Below the pieces are notes generated by a model. That model did no database searches and was not told the DNA's origin. It worked only from the letters and a program-made list of their open reading frames with translations. Both the position numbers and the translations under genes were made by a program. Of a stretch of 64,000 bases of DNA, positions 14,214 to 28,422 are shown piece after piece; the first letter of the stretch is position 1; the number at the start of each line of letters is the position of its first letter. The stretch comes from Eledone cirrhosa. Its lineage: Eukaryota. Where the stretch lies: contig OZ024749.1 of NCBI GenBank assembly GCA_964016885.1, forward strand, positions 51,026,001 through 51,090,000, written 5' to 3'.

Positions 14214-14613
14214 AGAAAACAAAAAAATGATCAGTACGCGACCCATGAGGGGTTTTAAGGTTAAATTCACATCAGAGTTCATTCTTAGTCTAAGTACATT
14301 GTTGTTATTGCCACAGAACAGGGGGAGTAACTCCGGCCGGTGCTTGAATAATCTTGTCCCACTGGATTTTTTACCCGTTCACATGATGGTGTTTTGTGTT
14401 ATTATTTTGTGGGTGCTGCTTTACTAATGCCATTTCCAGCCGGGTCTGGGATGCATATTTAGTTCACAGATGTTTGTTTGCGCCGCCTGTCCACCGGAGT
14501 GTTATGTTTTGAGCAGGGGGGACCCAGTTTATAGTTTTCATGCCACAGTCGGTTCCCATCCGAAATAAGACATTGTATTCGGGGCCTACAGTTTATATAT
14601 ATATATATATGTG

Positions 14614-14644
<31 letters not shown>

Positions 14645-14690
14645 TCTTTTACCTGTTTCAGCCATCCGGCTGAGGCCATGCTGGGGCACC

Positions 14691-14692
<2 letters not shown>
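14645..14692 (-). mobile_element. 3' tail fragment of a second SINE family
   Basis: Reverse complement GGTGCCCCAGCATGGCC.CAG..GG.TGGCTGAAACAGGTAAAAGAA resembles a common octopus SINE tail (recalled, not searched). Confidence 0.5.
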
Positions 14693-14721
<29 letters not shown>

Positions 14722-14728
<7 letters not shown>

Positions 14729-14931
14729 TGTGAGGTTTTTTTACAAAATGAAAAATAACCGAGGTGTCCTACACGAGTGAAAGTATAAAGAAAAAAAGAT
14801 GAAATCGAAAATGCAACTGGAGTCTTATTTTTTTTTAAATGTATATATTTATTTGGTTCCTTTACCGGTTTCGCAGTTCTTCTGCTTTTCAAAAGTAGAG
14901 TTGAGATGGAGGGTCTGTGGTTTTTCTCACA
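14722..14931 (-). mobile_element. PLE-end family C, single arm with tail; variant hammerhead at 14858-14899
   Basis: Near-identical to 41519-41729 and 57601-57800; TA-flanked. Confidence 0.8.
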
Positions 14932-14932
14932 C

Positions 14933-15004
<72 letters not shown>

Positions 15005-15085
15005 TATGAAGAGAGAAGAAACATTTAGATATAATTAGTAATAAAATGTATCATACCCAAACTGTTCCTAAATTCCTCGACTACG

Positions 15086-15164
<79 letters not shown>

Positions 15165-15228
15165 TACATATATAAATATACATATATTCATATATAGATA
15201 TAAAAATATATGTATATGTGTGTGTATA

Positions 15229-15289
<61 letters not shown>

Positions 15290-15354
15290 ACGTGTGTATG
15301 TGTATATATATATATATGTATGTATATATATACATATATATATATTTGTGTATG

Positions 15355-15400
<46 letters not shown>

Positions 15401-15501
15401 TGTATATATATATATATATATACATATATATACATATATAAATATACATATATTCATATATAGATATAAAAATATATGTATATATATATACATATACATA
15501 T

Positions 15502-15540
<39 letters not shown>

Positions 15541-16159
15541 ACATACATACATACATACATACATACATACATACATACATACATACATACATACATACAT
15601 ACATACATACATACATACATACACTTACCAACATTTATCTTTTACCTTTAAAATTGGTTACTCTATAAACAGGTTCTCAAGAGTCTCTCTCTTTACATCT
15701 ACTTATGTTAAATCATATTTTACACTAATGGACAGGGTGCATTAAAACAACTGCTGTGAGATCAGTTAATGGTGAATTCTAAAGACATTACTTCGTTGGA
15801 CCAAGCTAAAAAATATTCTAATGCCCTTCAACTTAAAATATGACGTCGGCTGGCTTCTTTACACATTTTCGTCTTGCCTTAAGAAAACCTCGCCAAAGAA
15901 AATAGTCTATAAAAAGATGATAATACAATTCTTTTTACTATATTTTATCTACTAAACATTTTAAAACAACTCAAACTATTTTATCTTTTAATAAGTAACT
16001 AGATAGATGAAAGACATTATCTTATGTTGAATATACACATATATATACTCATATATATATGTGTGTGGCTATGTCTGCGTGTGTGTGTGTATGTGCATAT
16101 ATATATGTATGTATCTGTGTGTGTGTATTTGTGTGCGTCTGTGCGTGTGCGTGTGTGTG

Positions 16160-16192
<33 letters not shown>

Positions 16193-16332
16193 CTGTGTGT
16201 TTGTGTTACCTTTACAGATTGGTTGGCATAGACAGAAACACAAGCAAATAAACATACATACAAAGATTCTAAATTACTGAATTGTATGCATAAAACTGTG
16301 TAGTGGTATATATATATATGTATATATACATA

Positions 16333-16384
<52 letters not shown>

Positions 16385-16388
<4 letters not shown>

Positions 16389-16644
16389 CAAAGATCGGAA
16401 TTAAGAGTATTCCGCAGTTCACTGTAATAATAATAATAGTATTAGCTCAAAGAAGGATAGAGAATTTCCTTCTGAGCTCAAATGCAAGTATATATTACAC
16501 AAAGAGAAGTGTGTTACACAGTGAGATGTGTGTAAAGAATTATTACAAGTGATTTTACCGTTACTGTATAGAGTAAAATCACTCGTAATAATTCTTTACA
16601 CACATCTCACTGTGTAACACACTTCTCTTTGTGTAATATATACT

Positions 16645-16646
<2 letters not shown>
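16385..16646. mobile_element. Asymmetric palindrome, PLE-end type
   Basis: 74-bp arms 16485-16558 and 16573-16646, left tail 16385-16484, (TA)n on both sides. Confidence 0.75.
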
Positions 16647-16693
<47 letters not shown>

Positions 16694-16694
16694 T

Positions 16695-16876
16695 GGTAAA
16701 TGGAATAGAAAATGCTGACAAATTGTTCACAGTGAAAAATAGTTTAATTAGGAATAAGTGAGAATTAGTAATTGTATTGGTTAGTATTCAGTTTTGGTTT
16801 TAAGTTTTACCGGTTGCGCATTTCTAATGCTTTTCAAAAATAATTTTGAGATAGAGCGTCCGTGATGTTTGCTCTG
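16695..16876 (-). mobile_element. Diverged relative of family C with covarying variant hammerhead (~16805-16842)
   Basis: Reverse complement UUU-UUGAAAA-GCAU UAGAA AUGC-GCAA-CCGG-UA-AAA. Confidence 0.55.
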
Positions 16877-17493
16877 ATATATATATATATGCATAATCCA
16901 TATATATATATGCAAAATCTCTATATAAACATGAAACATTTTCTTTTTATATAAACATATACACGTACAAACCATGTATTGTGAATCAGTATATGTGTGT
17001 TTATTAGTTTGCGTTTTTGCGAGTCTCTGTCTGTGTCCACAAATCTGGAAATATAGGTTTCTTAATCGGTGTGTATATGAAAAAATCTATGTAAATAGTT
17101 GGAAAATCTGATATCAGAGCCTCAACAATCATACTATAATAATATATAATGTTGTTGTAATATCTAGAAGGCAAATATTTTCAGCATAAAAACTTTCTCT
17201 AAAAATAATATGTCAAAGGTGAATATAGCTTGTATAATTACACTTCAAATCACTTTTCACTACTAAGGGTTTTATAATATTATCTCAATGAAATATCAGT
17301 TCAACGATGGTTTTTAAGATATATATACGTATATATGTGTGTGTCTGTGTGTGTGGGGGGGGGGGGGGGGTCACTCTGTGTGTGTAAATAATAATTGCAA
17401 AGGTCAGATCATATGTAGATATTCATTTATGTATGTATGTATATATATATACACACACACATATATATATATAGAGAGAGAAAGAAAGATAGA

Positions 17494-17532
<39 letters not shown>

Positions 17533-17636
17533 CATAAATATATATGATTATATATATATATATAGCAATATTAATATATATACATAAATATATATATATA
17601 TATACATAAATATATATATATAAATATATATATATA

Positions 17637-17746
17637 TAACGAAGGAAATGTGGTAAGGAACCATGTGGACCATAACACACCAAAGTACTCAATACTTAGT
17701 GTAGTAGAGTGGGTAATAGGAACGAGTAGGACCTACTCGTTCCTAT
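17637..17746. mobile_element. PLE-end family D, short terminal hairpin
   Basis: Homologous to 45193-45345 and 53165-53304; hairpin arms 17717-17730 and 17732-17745. Confidence 0.75.
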
Positions 17747-17756
17747 ATATATATAC

Positions 17757-17843
<87 letters not shown>

Positions 17844-17960
17844 TGCCTGCTCTAGAAGAAGAAAACGTGATGGTCGTGTCTGGAATGCTTTTTTTCATAC
17901 ATCTGAATTAGGAGTGACCTTGGGTTGCCCACTAACAACAACTTCGTGTTATCTATTCAA

Positions 17961-18145
17961 GGGCGGTGGATTGGCAGTATCGGTAGAAGGTCGGACGCCA
18001 TGCTTTCCAGCATAGTTACGTCCCTTTACGATCTGAGTTCAAATCCCGCCGAGGTTGACTTTGCCTTTCATCCTTACAGGGTCGATAAAATAAAGTACCA
18101 GTAATACACTGGGTAATTGCTGGCCTTGTGCCTAAAGTAGAAACA
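17961..18145 (+). mobile_element. CORE-type SINE, full length, 13-bp target-site duplication
   Basis: A/B-box-like head, core CCTTTCATCC...GGTCGATAAAATAAAGTACCAGT; GTTATCTATTCAA at 17948-17960 and 18146-18158. Confidence 0.92.
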
Positions 18146-19811
18146 GTTATCTATTCAACTGACTAATAAGTAGGCCGTGAGATGATTGAAAGTCATTTTC
18201 ACAAGCCAGGTATCACACCATCAGATTGTGTATGTATGAAATTAGAAACTTTAACTTATGAGGCAGATATTTTTATTCACCTCAAAAGCTGGAAAGACTT
18301 TCAAATTATATATGAAGGAAATATAACGACAGCGGAAATGATGCTGAGTTATTAATGATAGTAGAGGCAGGAAAGAACAGCTGTAGAGATAAATTAAATA
18401 GAGAACAAAGATAAAATTCGTATGGAGTCATTGTTGGTGAAATGATGGTGGAATTTAATTCGTGGCTGCGGTGGGAATTTTTCGATTATGAATCAGTGCT
18501 TTGCAAGCAAAGCTACCTAATCGCTTGTTGTTTTTTTTTTCACCACAATAATTCAAGAAGCCGTTGCTTCTTATCTCTCCTTTCTGTAGCGTTAAGAGGA
18601 TGAAACATTTATTTATCTGTTTTCATGTATTATACTGGTGTCTGCTAGTTTTGTTTGGGTTTGGGTTGTATAAGGACGAGAGGAAATGTATTAAACATGG
18701 CGTTTTCTCAGTGAATTTAAGTTTGGTTAGCGGAAAGGATGAACTGAGGACTTAATCCCAAAGTATGTAAATGAATACACAGAATTGAAATATCACGTGC
18801 TCCAGGTGGTACAGGATGTTAAAAATTAAAGAGAAAATATTCCTTTCTTAAACACATTGTGGTACAACCGCTGTATTTTTCTGTAACAGGTGGTTCATTT
18901 TCTACTTATTCCTAACAGTCTTCTAAAATTACTCTAACAATTCTTAAGTCGAGGTCAACTTTACCTTTCATTCTTTCGGGATCGATAAAATAAGATACTA
19001 CTCCTGTACTGCAGAGGAATGGCGAAATCTTTAGAGCCTTTGGCGAGATTCCTAGCGGCATTTATTCTGGCTCTTTGTATTATAAGATCTAGAGTATTAG
19101 ACAGAATCCATTTCTCAGTTTAATAAATCCTTCTGATCCATAGGATCTCTTTAATTGCTAGATCTCTAGTTTTGAAGATAATTTCTTCTTTTCTTCCTTC
19201 CATTGGTTTCTGAGACTCTGAAGAATATAAAGCTTCTAAGTGGTAAACAAGGAAATGTTCGTTCCTTTTTAGCCAACCACTCTACTTTTTATATTGCAAT
19301 TAGGCTTCATGGGGTAAAATCCTACATTATATTTTTTTGTCTGTTGTTGTTGTTGTTGTTTTAGTGGCGCAAATAGAAAGTCAGAAATATCGAACATCTC
19401 AACCGACAAAACTAGTGTGTTTAATTGAAGTGAAATATTAGCTTTCAATATTTTCTGTTTGATCTCATATATTTGATAAGATCTAAGAATAAATATTCTA
19501 TTAGCTAATTAATCAAATAATCGTGTTGTGTTTCTTAATCAAATATATTCACTAATAGTTGATTAGTAATATTGACTTCTAGAGATTAGCTCTACATATT
19601 TATTTGAACTCGATATTAAATTAAATAATCACAATGATTATGCTTGTACTGTTTTTGGTAATGTTGTTGCTTTAACCTCCTGATCAATCTTCATCGATTA
19701 GACCTATGATCACAGGTGATTCAGGCGTGACTTGTCCATCACATTTTCTTTTTTTTTTGTTGGGGTGGTGGTATTTATACGTCTATATTATTTTTATATC
19801 TAGGATCTAAT

Positions 19812-20083
19812 CTAAAGTCTTTCTCGAGTACAGAGGCTCATCAGGTCAGTACTTCTGTAGAGTTAAGCGACTGGGAGTAGAACATTACTACTGGACTGTA
19901 CGCTAGTACATCGCAGTATTAAACCTCCAGCTACTGCTGCTACTCATTTTCAACTGAGTATATTGGAGTAACGTGAAATGAAGTGTTTTTCTCAAGAAAA
20001 CAACACTCAACACAGTCTGAGAATTGAACCCGCCACGTTATGATCGTAAGTCCAACACACTTGCCATGAGGCCAGGTGCTTCC
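19812..20083 (-). mobile_element. Older tRNA-derived SINE of a different family
   Basis: Minus strand shows TGGCCTCATGG..., B-box GGTTCAATTC, CORE-like TTCTTGAGAAAAACACTT...ACTCAGTTGAAAATGAGTA, and a CTGCGATGTACTAGCG segment. Confidence 0.65.
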
Positions 20084-20094
20084 ACATATCTAAT

Positions 20095-20320
20095 ATGGTA
20101 GCACGGAATTTGAGGTAGATTCTACTGTTGCTTCTAACAGGTCGGGCCACCTTGATGACGTTCTCTTCATTGATTCGAATGTTGTTCTCTTCCAACAGCA
20201 CTGAACTCTACTTCAACCTTCGTTGCCTATTTTCAGCTTGGTATAATCTGTTTAATGTGGATTACGTCATCACCATGGACCCATTAACATGGAATGAGCT
20301 CAGGAATGATTAGTCGATTG
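20095..20320 (-). pseudogene. Possible decayed PLE GIY-YIG endonuclease fragment
   Basis: Frameshifted peptides 'IPELIPC', 'ATKVEVEFSAVG' and 'INEENVIKVAR..SRIYLK' loosely resemble the PLE endonuclease. Confidence 0.3.
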
Positions 20321-20994
20321 TTTAGCATCATAAACATATGACCAGCTGTGAATACATAATACAAACTTTATTGACTTCACTTTGGTAAAAATGCTAAGCT
20401 GTATTTATTATATTGCAGTTGAGTTTTCAGATATCAGCCATTTTGTGTTGTTATGTTTAGTTGTGAAACCTAACACTGTGTTAGCTGACATGGTGTCCAT
20501 GTCAGTTTTCTAGCTAGTAGGGTAATTTTATTTCTTCTTTCTCTCCATGTGAGCTTCGTCAGAGAAGATTGATAATACTTACTAAGATGTGATAAAAACA
20601 AAACCCAGAAATCTGAGAAAGAATTAGATAAAGAGAGCAATAAAATGTTTCATTTTCATTTCTATTCGTTCAGTGCTGAAATTATTGATTTTTATAGAAG
20701 GAATAAACAAATATTCTGTGCATTGGCTAAGCGTTTAAAATATGGTTTATGATACATGAACTTGGACATTATCACTTTGTATTGTTGTGAGTTCTTCGGC
20801 GGCATTCTTGACACATAATTATTTTTCTATTTTGCATGGAAGATACTGCATCAATGAAATTTTTATGATAGAACAGCTAAATCTGGGAGAGAGTTTTCAG
20901 CTTTATAAACACCAACTATTTGTGTATGGATACCTGTCCGAATGGTCAGTGGTAACCGGTCAATAAATTCTACGACAAGCAGATACATGCTGCA

Positions 20995-21042
<48 letters not shown>

Positions 21043-21177
21043 GATAGATATATTTCTTTATTTGCCACTAGGGCACAAGAGAAAGGGACAAATACACAGG
21101 GGGGGGGGTTACATAAATGCGAGTAAAGAAAAAGGCATAACAATAAGAATAATATAATAATAAAAAGTCGTCAAAAG

Positions 21178-21215
<38 letters not shown>

Positions 21216-21341
21216 ATAGATATATAGATATGTGTGCGTGTATGCATGTATATATGTATATATGTATATATGTATGTATGTGTATATGTATATATGTATG
21301 TATATATGTATGTACGTATGTATATATACATACATACATAC

Positions 21342-21391
<50 letters not shown>

Positions 21392-21411
21392 ATATATATA
21401 TATATACATAC

Positions 21412-21472
<61 letters not shown>

Positions 21473-21548
21473 GCATATATGTATATATATATGTATATAT
21501 GTGTATATATGTATATATATGTATATATATATACATATATATATATAC

Positions 21549-21660
<112 letters not shown>

Positions 21661-21945
21661 ATAGTAGCGTCAGCCTGTATATAGCAAGAGGATTAATATT
21701 ATGATCTGATCTAACTTATAACTTGCCAGCAGTTGATATAACTTTCAACTCGACATTAGAAAAAATAGGTCGAAAGGGCAGAAGTTACTATAATAAATAC
21801 AAGCAACTGGAATATTTTCAGTCGTTGAGATATTTCAAATCAGTTATATTCGGTGCAGATATGGCTTCAGTTATTCTCTTTAAAATACGTGGTTTGTAGT
21901 GCGTAGCCATTGTGTCGACTGAACTCTTATGAATAATAGTTTGTA

Positions 21946-22172
21946 GTTGATTGGCACAATTAGTAGAGAGTTGGATAAAGTATCATTGTTGTATTTGTTC
22001 TGGGTTTTCACATTTCGAGTTCAAATATATGATGAAATGCCTATGATAGTTGGAAGATCACTGATGAAGGACAAATGTGTGTTTAAATTCCCATCGAGGA
22101 TAGCTTTGTCTTTCATCTTTACAAAGTCGATCAAATAAAGTACCAGCAATGCACTAGGGTAATTGCTGGCCT
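21946..22172 (+). mobile_element. Degenerate CORE-type SINE interrupted by a ~51-bp insert
   Basis: SINE head and tail motifs flank 22025-22075, which is identical to 23909-23959. Confidence 0.7.
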
Positions 22173-22174
22173 TG

Positions 22175-22700
22175 AGAGGGTCGGGGTGGGGCCGAGTTAT
22201 CAAACGCCCTTTCCAGCTGGTCATGTCGGAAGCAACCGTCTCCAACTGATCTGGCTGTATCCCAAAGCGAGACCAGCCAAACTCATGGATGTTATCCAAC
22301 CATGTTACTCGGGATCTAACCCTGGATATTCTCCCTGGATATGTCCAGCGATTGTAATCTGAGTCGACTTTGTTGCAAACATTCCACAATCAGCATTTTC
22401 CTTTGACCTTCCCTTAAACAACATTGGTGGCATAGGAAAGGGAACTTTATTTCGTGAGCAACTGTTGGTCTTTTAACCAAGGGTGCTCAGGTCTCCGCCT
22501 TATTCCATTCTTTTAATACTTAGATATTCAATGTGTTGATCACCAGTCTCACGAGATATTCAGATGCCAAAGGATCTTTCTACAATGCAAAAATCGATGG
22601 AGAAGCCGAGACAACGGTGCCTTTCGAACGAATGCCTTCCTTTGTGATAATTGTTCTGCATTGATGTACATACATTTCATTGTCAAATCTACCGTTAGAT
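22175..22700 (-). pseudogene. RTE-clade LINE, 3' ORF remnant
   Basis: 'GRISRVRSRVTWLDNIHEFGWSRFGIQPDQLETVASDMTSWK' fits the RTE C-terminal pattern G.R.RGRP..RW.D.I...A.DR..W. Confidence 0.75.
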
Positions 22701-22991
22701 ATGCAGTGAACTTATTATTAGCCCGTTGGTTTCCCATAAAAAAAAACGATGCTATTATTCATTATTTCCGTTATGAGATTAGAAGAAAAGAATAATAAAT
22801 AAAACAACTAAGACTAATGTCTTCGTAAACGGTGCAATGTTTTGACAACTGACAATGTGATAAATATTTAATTAGTAATTCGTAGTATTAATCATTTTAA
22901 AACAATACGGTTTGTTTTTTGGTTTTATTTGATTGTTTTTTGGTTGATGTTGTTTTGCGCGCGTGTGGGGGAGGGGGGTGTTCATCATATG

Positions 22992-23152
22992 TAGAGGCAT
23001 GGCTGTGTCTTTAAAGTGTTAGCTTCACAATTATCTGGTTTCAACTTCGATTTCATTGAACCAAACATTGGGAAAGGGTTTTTATTGTAGTCTGAAGTTG
23101 ACCAAAGATTTGCAAGATTTTGTAGTCAGAGACAGTGTAGAAACCCATCGAA
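22992..23152 (+). mobile_element. Degenerate SINE of a third family
   Basis: GGCATGGCTGTGT head ... TTGGGAAAG ... GACCAAAG ... GAAACCCATCG resembles an abundant octopus SINE (recalled, not searched). Confidence 0.55.
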
Positions 23153-23282
23153 ATATCATTCCTCTGTCATGGTTGCAGTTTAGTGTAAAACTATTCGAAG
23201 AAGACATCAACACAAACTTATTGAAACTGGGCTGCACTTTAACAAATAATGGTTTCTTATATAAGTACAATGCCAACAAGTG

Positions 23283-23418
23283 TGGTACTTTATTTTATTG
23301 ACCCCGTAAGGATAAAGGCAAAGTTAACCTCGGCGGGATCTGAACTCAGACAATAAAGGGCCGTAACTCTATACTGCCAAGCATGGCGTCCGACCATCTT
23401 CCGATACTGCCAATCCAA
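23283..23418 (-). mobile_element. CORE-type SINE, 3'-truncated
   Basis: Reverse complement of the family head and core. Confidence 0.85.
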
Positions 23419-23883
23419 CAAATAATACTATCAGAAACTATATTATTATATGGAAGATATTAGAAAATATCAAACCTTTCAATCAAGTTAAGTGTGGTTG
23501 TACACTTTGTATATCAAACCTAATATCATTTTCCCACATACAATGAAATACTCATAGAAATATTCTAAAATGCGTAAGGGTTAAACATCGGAAAGCCTCG
23601 TTCTATACTCATACATGCAGATCCAAATAAATCACATTTTTTCGTTGGTTAACGTGCATCTCACACTAAATAATTTTGTCGCCATTTGTTGTCATTTTTA
23701 ATTGAAATATTCTAAAATGCCCAGAGGATGCGTGAAGAATTGCTTTGTATAATAATAGAGAGTAGGTGAGATAATCACTGATACACGATACAGAAGAAAT
23801 ATTGCCTTGAAAACATGCTTTCAATTACAGAAAATTCTGTTTCGAGAACTATATATCTTATCAAAAAGTGTAAAAAGGCACAA

Positions 23884-23918
<35 letters not shown>

Positions 23919-24019
23919 AAATGCCTATGATAGTTGGAAGATCACTGATGAAGGACAAACTTTTTTCATATGTAACCCATTTGCAACTCCGCAGCACCCT
24001 TATTATCATATTTACATAT

Positions 24020-24326
<307 letters not shown>

Positions 24327-24463
24327 GAGTATATATTGGTTGCATACCTCAGTATGCAGGCTGGAGCACTCGACGAAGTGCGCAGGTTGGTTTGGTTACT
24401 CCGGAGTAATGTAAAATAAAGTAAAATAAAAAGTCAAATGTTTAAAATTTAGCTTCGTTTAGT

Positions 24464-24518
24464 ACTGCTATATATATTTCGGTGACAGCCATCTTTGGCT
24501 GTGACCTCTTCAGGCAGT
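24464..24518 (-). ncRNA. Type I hammerhead ribozyme, family G
   Basis: ACUGC-CUGAAGA-GGUCACAGCCA AAGA UGGCUGUCACC-GAAA-UAUAUA-UA-GCAGU; stems I and II pair and loop III is palindromic. Confidence 0.88.
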
Positions 24519-24842
24519 CCGAATTAGTGTGGTATAGACAAGTACATATGTTGTTGAGGTGTATAATTTTGTCAATACTCTGATATGCCCAGTTCCTGGT
24601 TGGGTTGTTATTTCACTGAGGAACTGGAATTATATGAATTCAAACAAACGAATTTCAGTGTCAAAGGGCCTCTTCTCTTCTCATTGGTCAGTTGTTAGAA
24701 CATTCCTCATTCAAAAGTCTATAGAAGTTCGTTCTGAGGCAAGCGTATGTGGCCGGCGGCTGAGAGAAAGGAGTATTCAATACTGACGTAATTTTATTGA
24801 GATTAAATAGTCCATTTTGTTACTCAGGAGTTTCACCTGTTC

Positions 24843-24888
24843 TTGTCTGATGACTCTGTGATAAACAGGCGAAACTCCAGAGTAATAG
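24843..24888 (+). ncRNA. Type I hammerhead-like motif, family H (weak stems); inverted partial copy at ~24816-24841
   Basis: UUGU-CUGAUGA-CUCUGU GAUAA ACAGGC-GAAA-CUC CA GAG-UA-AUAG. Confidence 0.55.
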
Positions 24889-24964
24889 TACTCCCTATTT
24901 ATCCTTAATAAAATGAATATTCATATGTATATATACATGTATATATACATATATATATATATAT

Positions 24965-25160
24965 ACGTTATTCCGGGTTGAATCGGAGGTAACCACAGTA
25001 AGTAAGGTACTCAATACATAGCAGAGTATAAAAGTTTTAATATAGATGAGATTCTACAAGACTAGAACTGTTTCATTCTTTAGAAATCATCAGGAATCCA
25101 TCATCAGAGATTCCTGATGATTTCTAAAGAATGAAACAGTTCTAGTCCTGTAGAATCTCA

Positions 25161-25167
<7 letters not shown>
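24965..25167. mobile_element. PLE-end family B palindrome (second copy); hammerheads at 25050-25098 (-) and 25107-25159 (+)
   Basis: Homologous to 12723-13126 in opposite orientation; tail 24965-25035. Confidence 0.85.
25107..25159 (+). ncRNA. Type I hammerhead ribozyme, family B
   Basis: GAGAUUC-CUGAUGA-UUUC UAAA GAAU-GAAA-CAG UUCUAGUC CUG-UA-GAAUCUC; perfect 7-bp stem I. Confidence 0.85.
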
Positions 25168-25221
<54 letters not shown>

Positions 25222-25412
25222 TTCGTTGTTGTGGAGGCATATGTGGCATTGTCCCATTAACCACAATTTTCAATTTGTCATGCTATCTAACGTATGTTTA
25301 TTACTCTAAGGTGTAACCATTCTTATTGAGTGCTTCGTGCAAACTCCGAATTTCTTTCTTTCGCGGATGTTGGCCGACCGCCACAGCTTTGATTTTACTA
25401 ACCTTACAATCG
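25222..25412 (-). pseudogene. PLE reverse transcriptase thumb/linker fragment
   Basis: 'KEIRSLHEALNKNGYT' fits the PLE motif E...L...L..NGYP; TA-flanked. Confidence 0.5.
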
Positions 25413-25494
<82 letters not shown>

Positions 25495-26072
25495 AGAGGG
25501 GGGTGAATAGACATGGCAAGAGAGATAAAGGGAGAGATATTAAATATAATCAGCATACAATTAGGAACCTGATTATGACCAATTTAAATCGTATATTTTG
25601 GGTTGTTTTGTTTTCTCATTGTTTTTTTTTTTGTTTTTGTTTTTGTTTTTTGCTTTGTGGTGTGGTGGAGGTTTAAGTATCCTTATCATCCCATCCCTGC
25701 GATGCTGGGGCCTCAGCATTTTTTATATTCTAACAATTTCTTAAGCGTTCTACATATTTAAACATATTATCCATTCATTCATTTTTTTTTTTTTTTTACA
25801 TTTTCTTCGTCATTATTTTCAACACGTATGTCACTAACTCAACTAAATTGGAGCTGTAAAATACATGACAGCATTATGATGATATCATAGTAAATGTTTT
25901 CTTCTTGATTTTCTTCAGGTAATAACATACATGATTTGAGAGGAACGAAAATGAAGGAGAAAGAAAAATGAGAGATTGGTGCAAAAACACGTACGATATA
26001 GCTAGATTTCCATATAACACACAATAACAAATTTAATGTAAAAAAAAATACTTCTACTACTACTACTACTAC

Positions 26073-26127
<55 letters not shown>

Positions 26128-26130
<3 letters not shown>

Positions 26131-26312
26131 TGTTTCTACGTTTTGGCACAAGACCAGCAATCAACCAGTGCATTACTGGTACTTTATTTTATCGACCCCG
26201 TAAGGATGAAAGGCAAAGTTAACCTTGGCGGGATTTGAACTCAGAATGACAAGGGCCGTAACTCTATACGTCAAAGCATAGCGTCCGACCCTCTATCGAT
26301 ACTGCCAATCCA
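26128..26312 (-). mobile_element. CORE-type SINE, full length, in (TAA)n
   Basis: Reverse complement of the family consensus. Confidence 0.9.
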
Positions 26313-26472
26313 TTATTAATAATAATAATAATAATAATGATGATGATGATGATTTCATTTATTGGGCCGACATATAGGGGACAATACAAAAGACTGGGGC
26401 AGTGGGGGTTTACATATAATAATTATAATAATATTGATATTAATAAAACACATTTTGTTATTGTCACTATTT

Positions 26473-26513
<41 letters not shown>

Positions 26514-27279
26514 AATAAAGAAATAATTATTACTATTATTATTGTTATTATCATTATCATCAACATTATTGTTATTATTGAACTGAATCCAATAGGAAAT
26601 CGAAGTACATTATAATGTTGTATTATAATAAGTACAGCATGATTTTCTAATAATAAACAAAACCAATAACAACAATAACAATAACAACAACAACAACAAC
26701 GACTACAACAACAACTACAATGACTATAACAACAGCAACAATAACACCAATAAACATCTAACCTAAATCTGAAAACAATGTAGGTTTTTTATTATAATTT
26801 TTCTATTATTTTCGTATTTAACATATTTTTTTTGTCATTGAATTTCATATTGCAAATTAATTCCAGTCTTTGGCAAAATAATATTTAGTTCATTTTACGT
26901 TTTTTTTTATATATATTTTTTTATATTTTATATATTTTATGCTTTCTTTATTCTATATTATAGTATGCATTTTTTTTTTCATACTGTTATTATAAAACCT
27001 TAGGCGTGACAAACAAGGATCTTTGCATAATAAACCCCTCTAAAAATAATATAAATAATATCTAATATGGAAACTTAAATATTTATATTCCTATTCAACG
27101 CACAAGCTGTCTTAGAGAAAACTTTAACAAATATATTCGCTTGCCCGTTCATTATTATTACATTTTTTTGTTTTCTTATCTTATCTTCTCGCTTTTTTCC
27201 CTATGGGTGCGTTTTTTCTCAGAAAGGTTCATGGTTTGTCAAGCTCCAGTATAAAATGTACTTGATTATTTGTGTGTTT

Positions 27280-27347
<68 letters not shown>

Positions 27348-27788
27348 GTTTGTGTTTGTGTGTGTTTGTGTGTGTGTGTGTCTGTGTGCGTGTGTGTGTG
27401 TGTGTCTGTGTGTGTGGATATGTGTATAATATATGTGTATATACAAAGAGGCAGGAGCAAAATATATATATACATATGCACATATATATATATATATATA
27501 TATAAACATATATATATATACACACACATATATGTACATGTCTAAATATATATATATATATATATACATGCATACATATATATATAGGCGTGTTTGTATA
27601 TATATACACATATATATAAGTGTGTGTGTATATATATGTATATATAAACACATATACATGCATATATACATATATATGCATATATACATAATATATATAT
27701 ACACACATATATATATATGTAAATATATAGTTATATATATGTAGAGAGAGAGAAAGAAATAAATATATATATATATATGTGTGTGTGT

Positions 27789-27840
<52 letters not shown>

Positions 27841-28422
27841 GTGTGTAGCATACTTAAATCCATCTACTTCTACACAATAGAAGCTACGTTGTCTAAAATA
27901 TATGCATAATACAAAATCCGTATATTATGTAAAGCATTAATGCCTAGATGTACATATTATGTATAGCCAGGCTTCTATTTTATTCTGCTGAATCGATTTC
28001 AGTATGAGATATTATATGTATCAATACTCTAGAATAAACGATGTTAGTATCCTTTCATTGGGATCTCTAAAAAGCTTTTATACGTGAAATATTTTCTTGT
28101 TGTCAAGGGAAATATAATTTTGAATAATTATTATATGTATATATATGAATATGTATTGGTGATTCAGTGAAGTGTTTTTTTTTTGTTTGTTTTGTTTGTC
28201 TTGTTCTTCTTTTTTGTTTCATCACCAGTCTGATGATCTGATCCATGCTCGTGTCGAGTCCATAGCTTTCATATGTGACACTGAGCCAATCATCTGCGAA
28301 ACGTACCCAACACGTTGATACTCAATAAAAACATAAAAACATCTAAAGGAGATTCCATTGTTTTCTTTTTGTCTTATTATGTAAATGTATACATACATAT
28401 ACATATATATATATATACGCGC

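Noticed and set aside
19810-19850. CUGAUGA...GAAA in the tail of the older SINE (minus strand)
   Set aside because: Stems II and III do not pair convincingly.
28225-28325. CUGAUGA...GAAACGU...ACGUU possible hammerhead
   Set aside because: Stem III pairs, but stems I and II cannot be formed together with the core.
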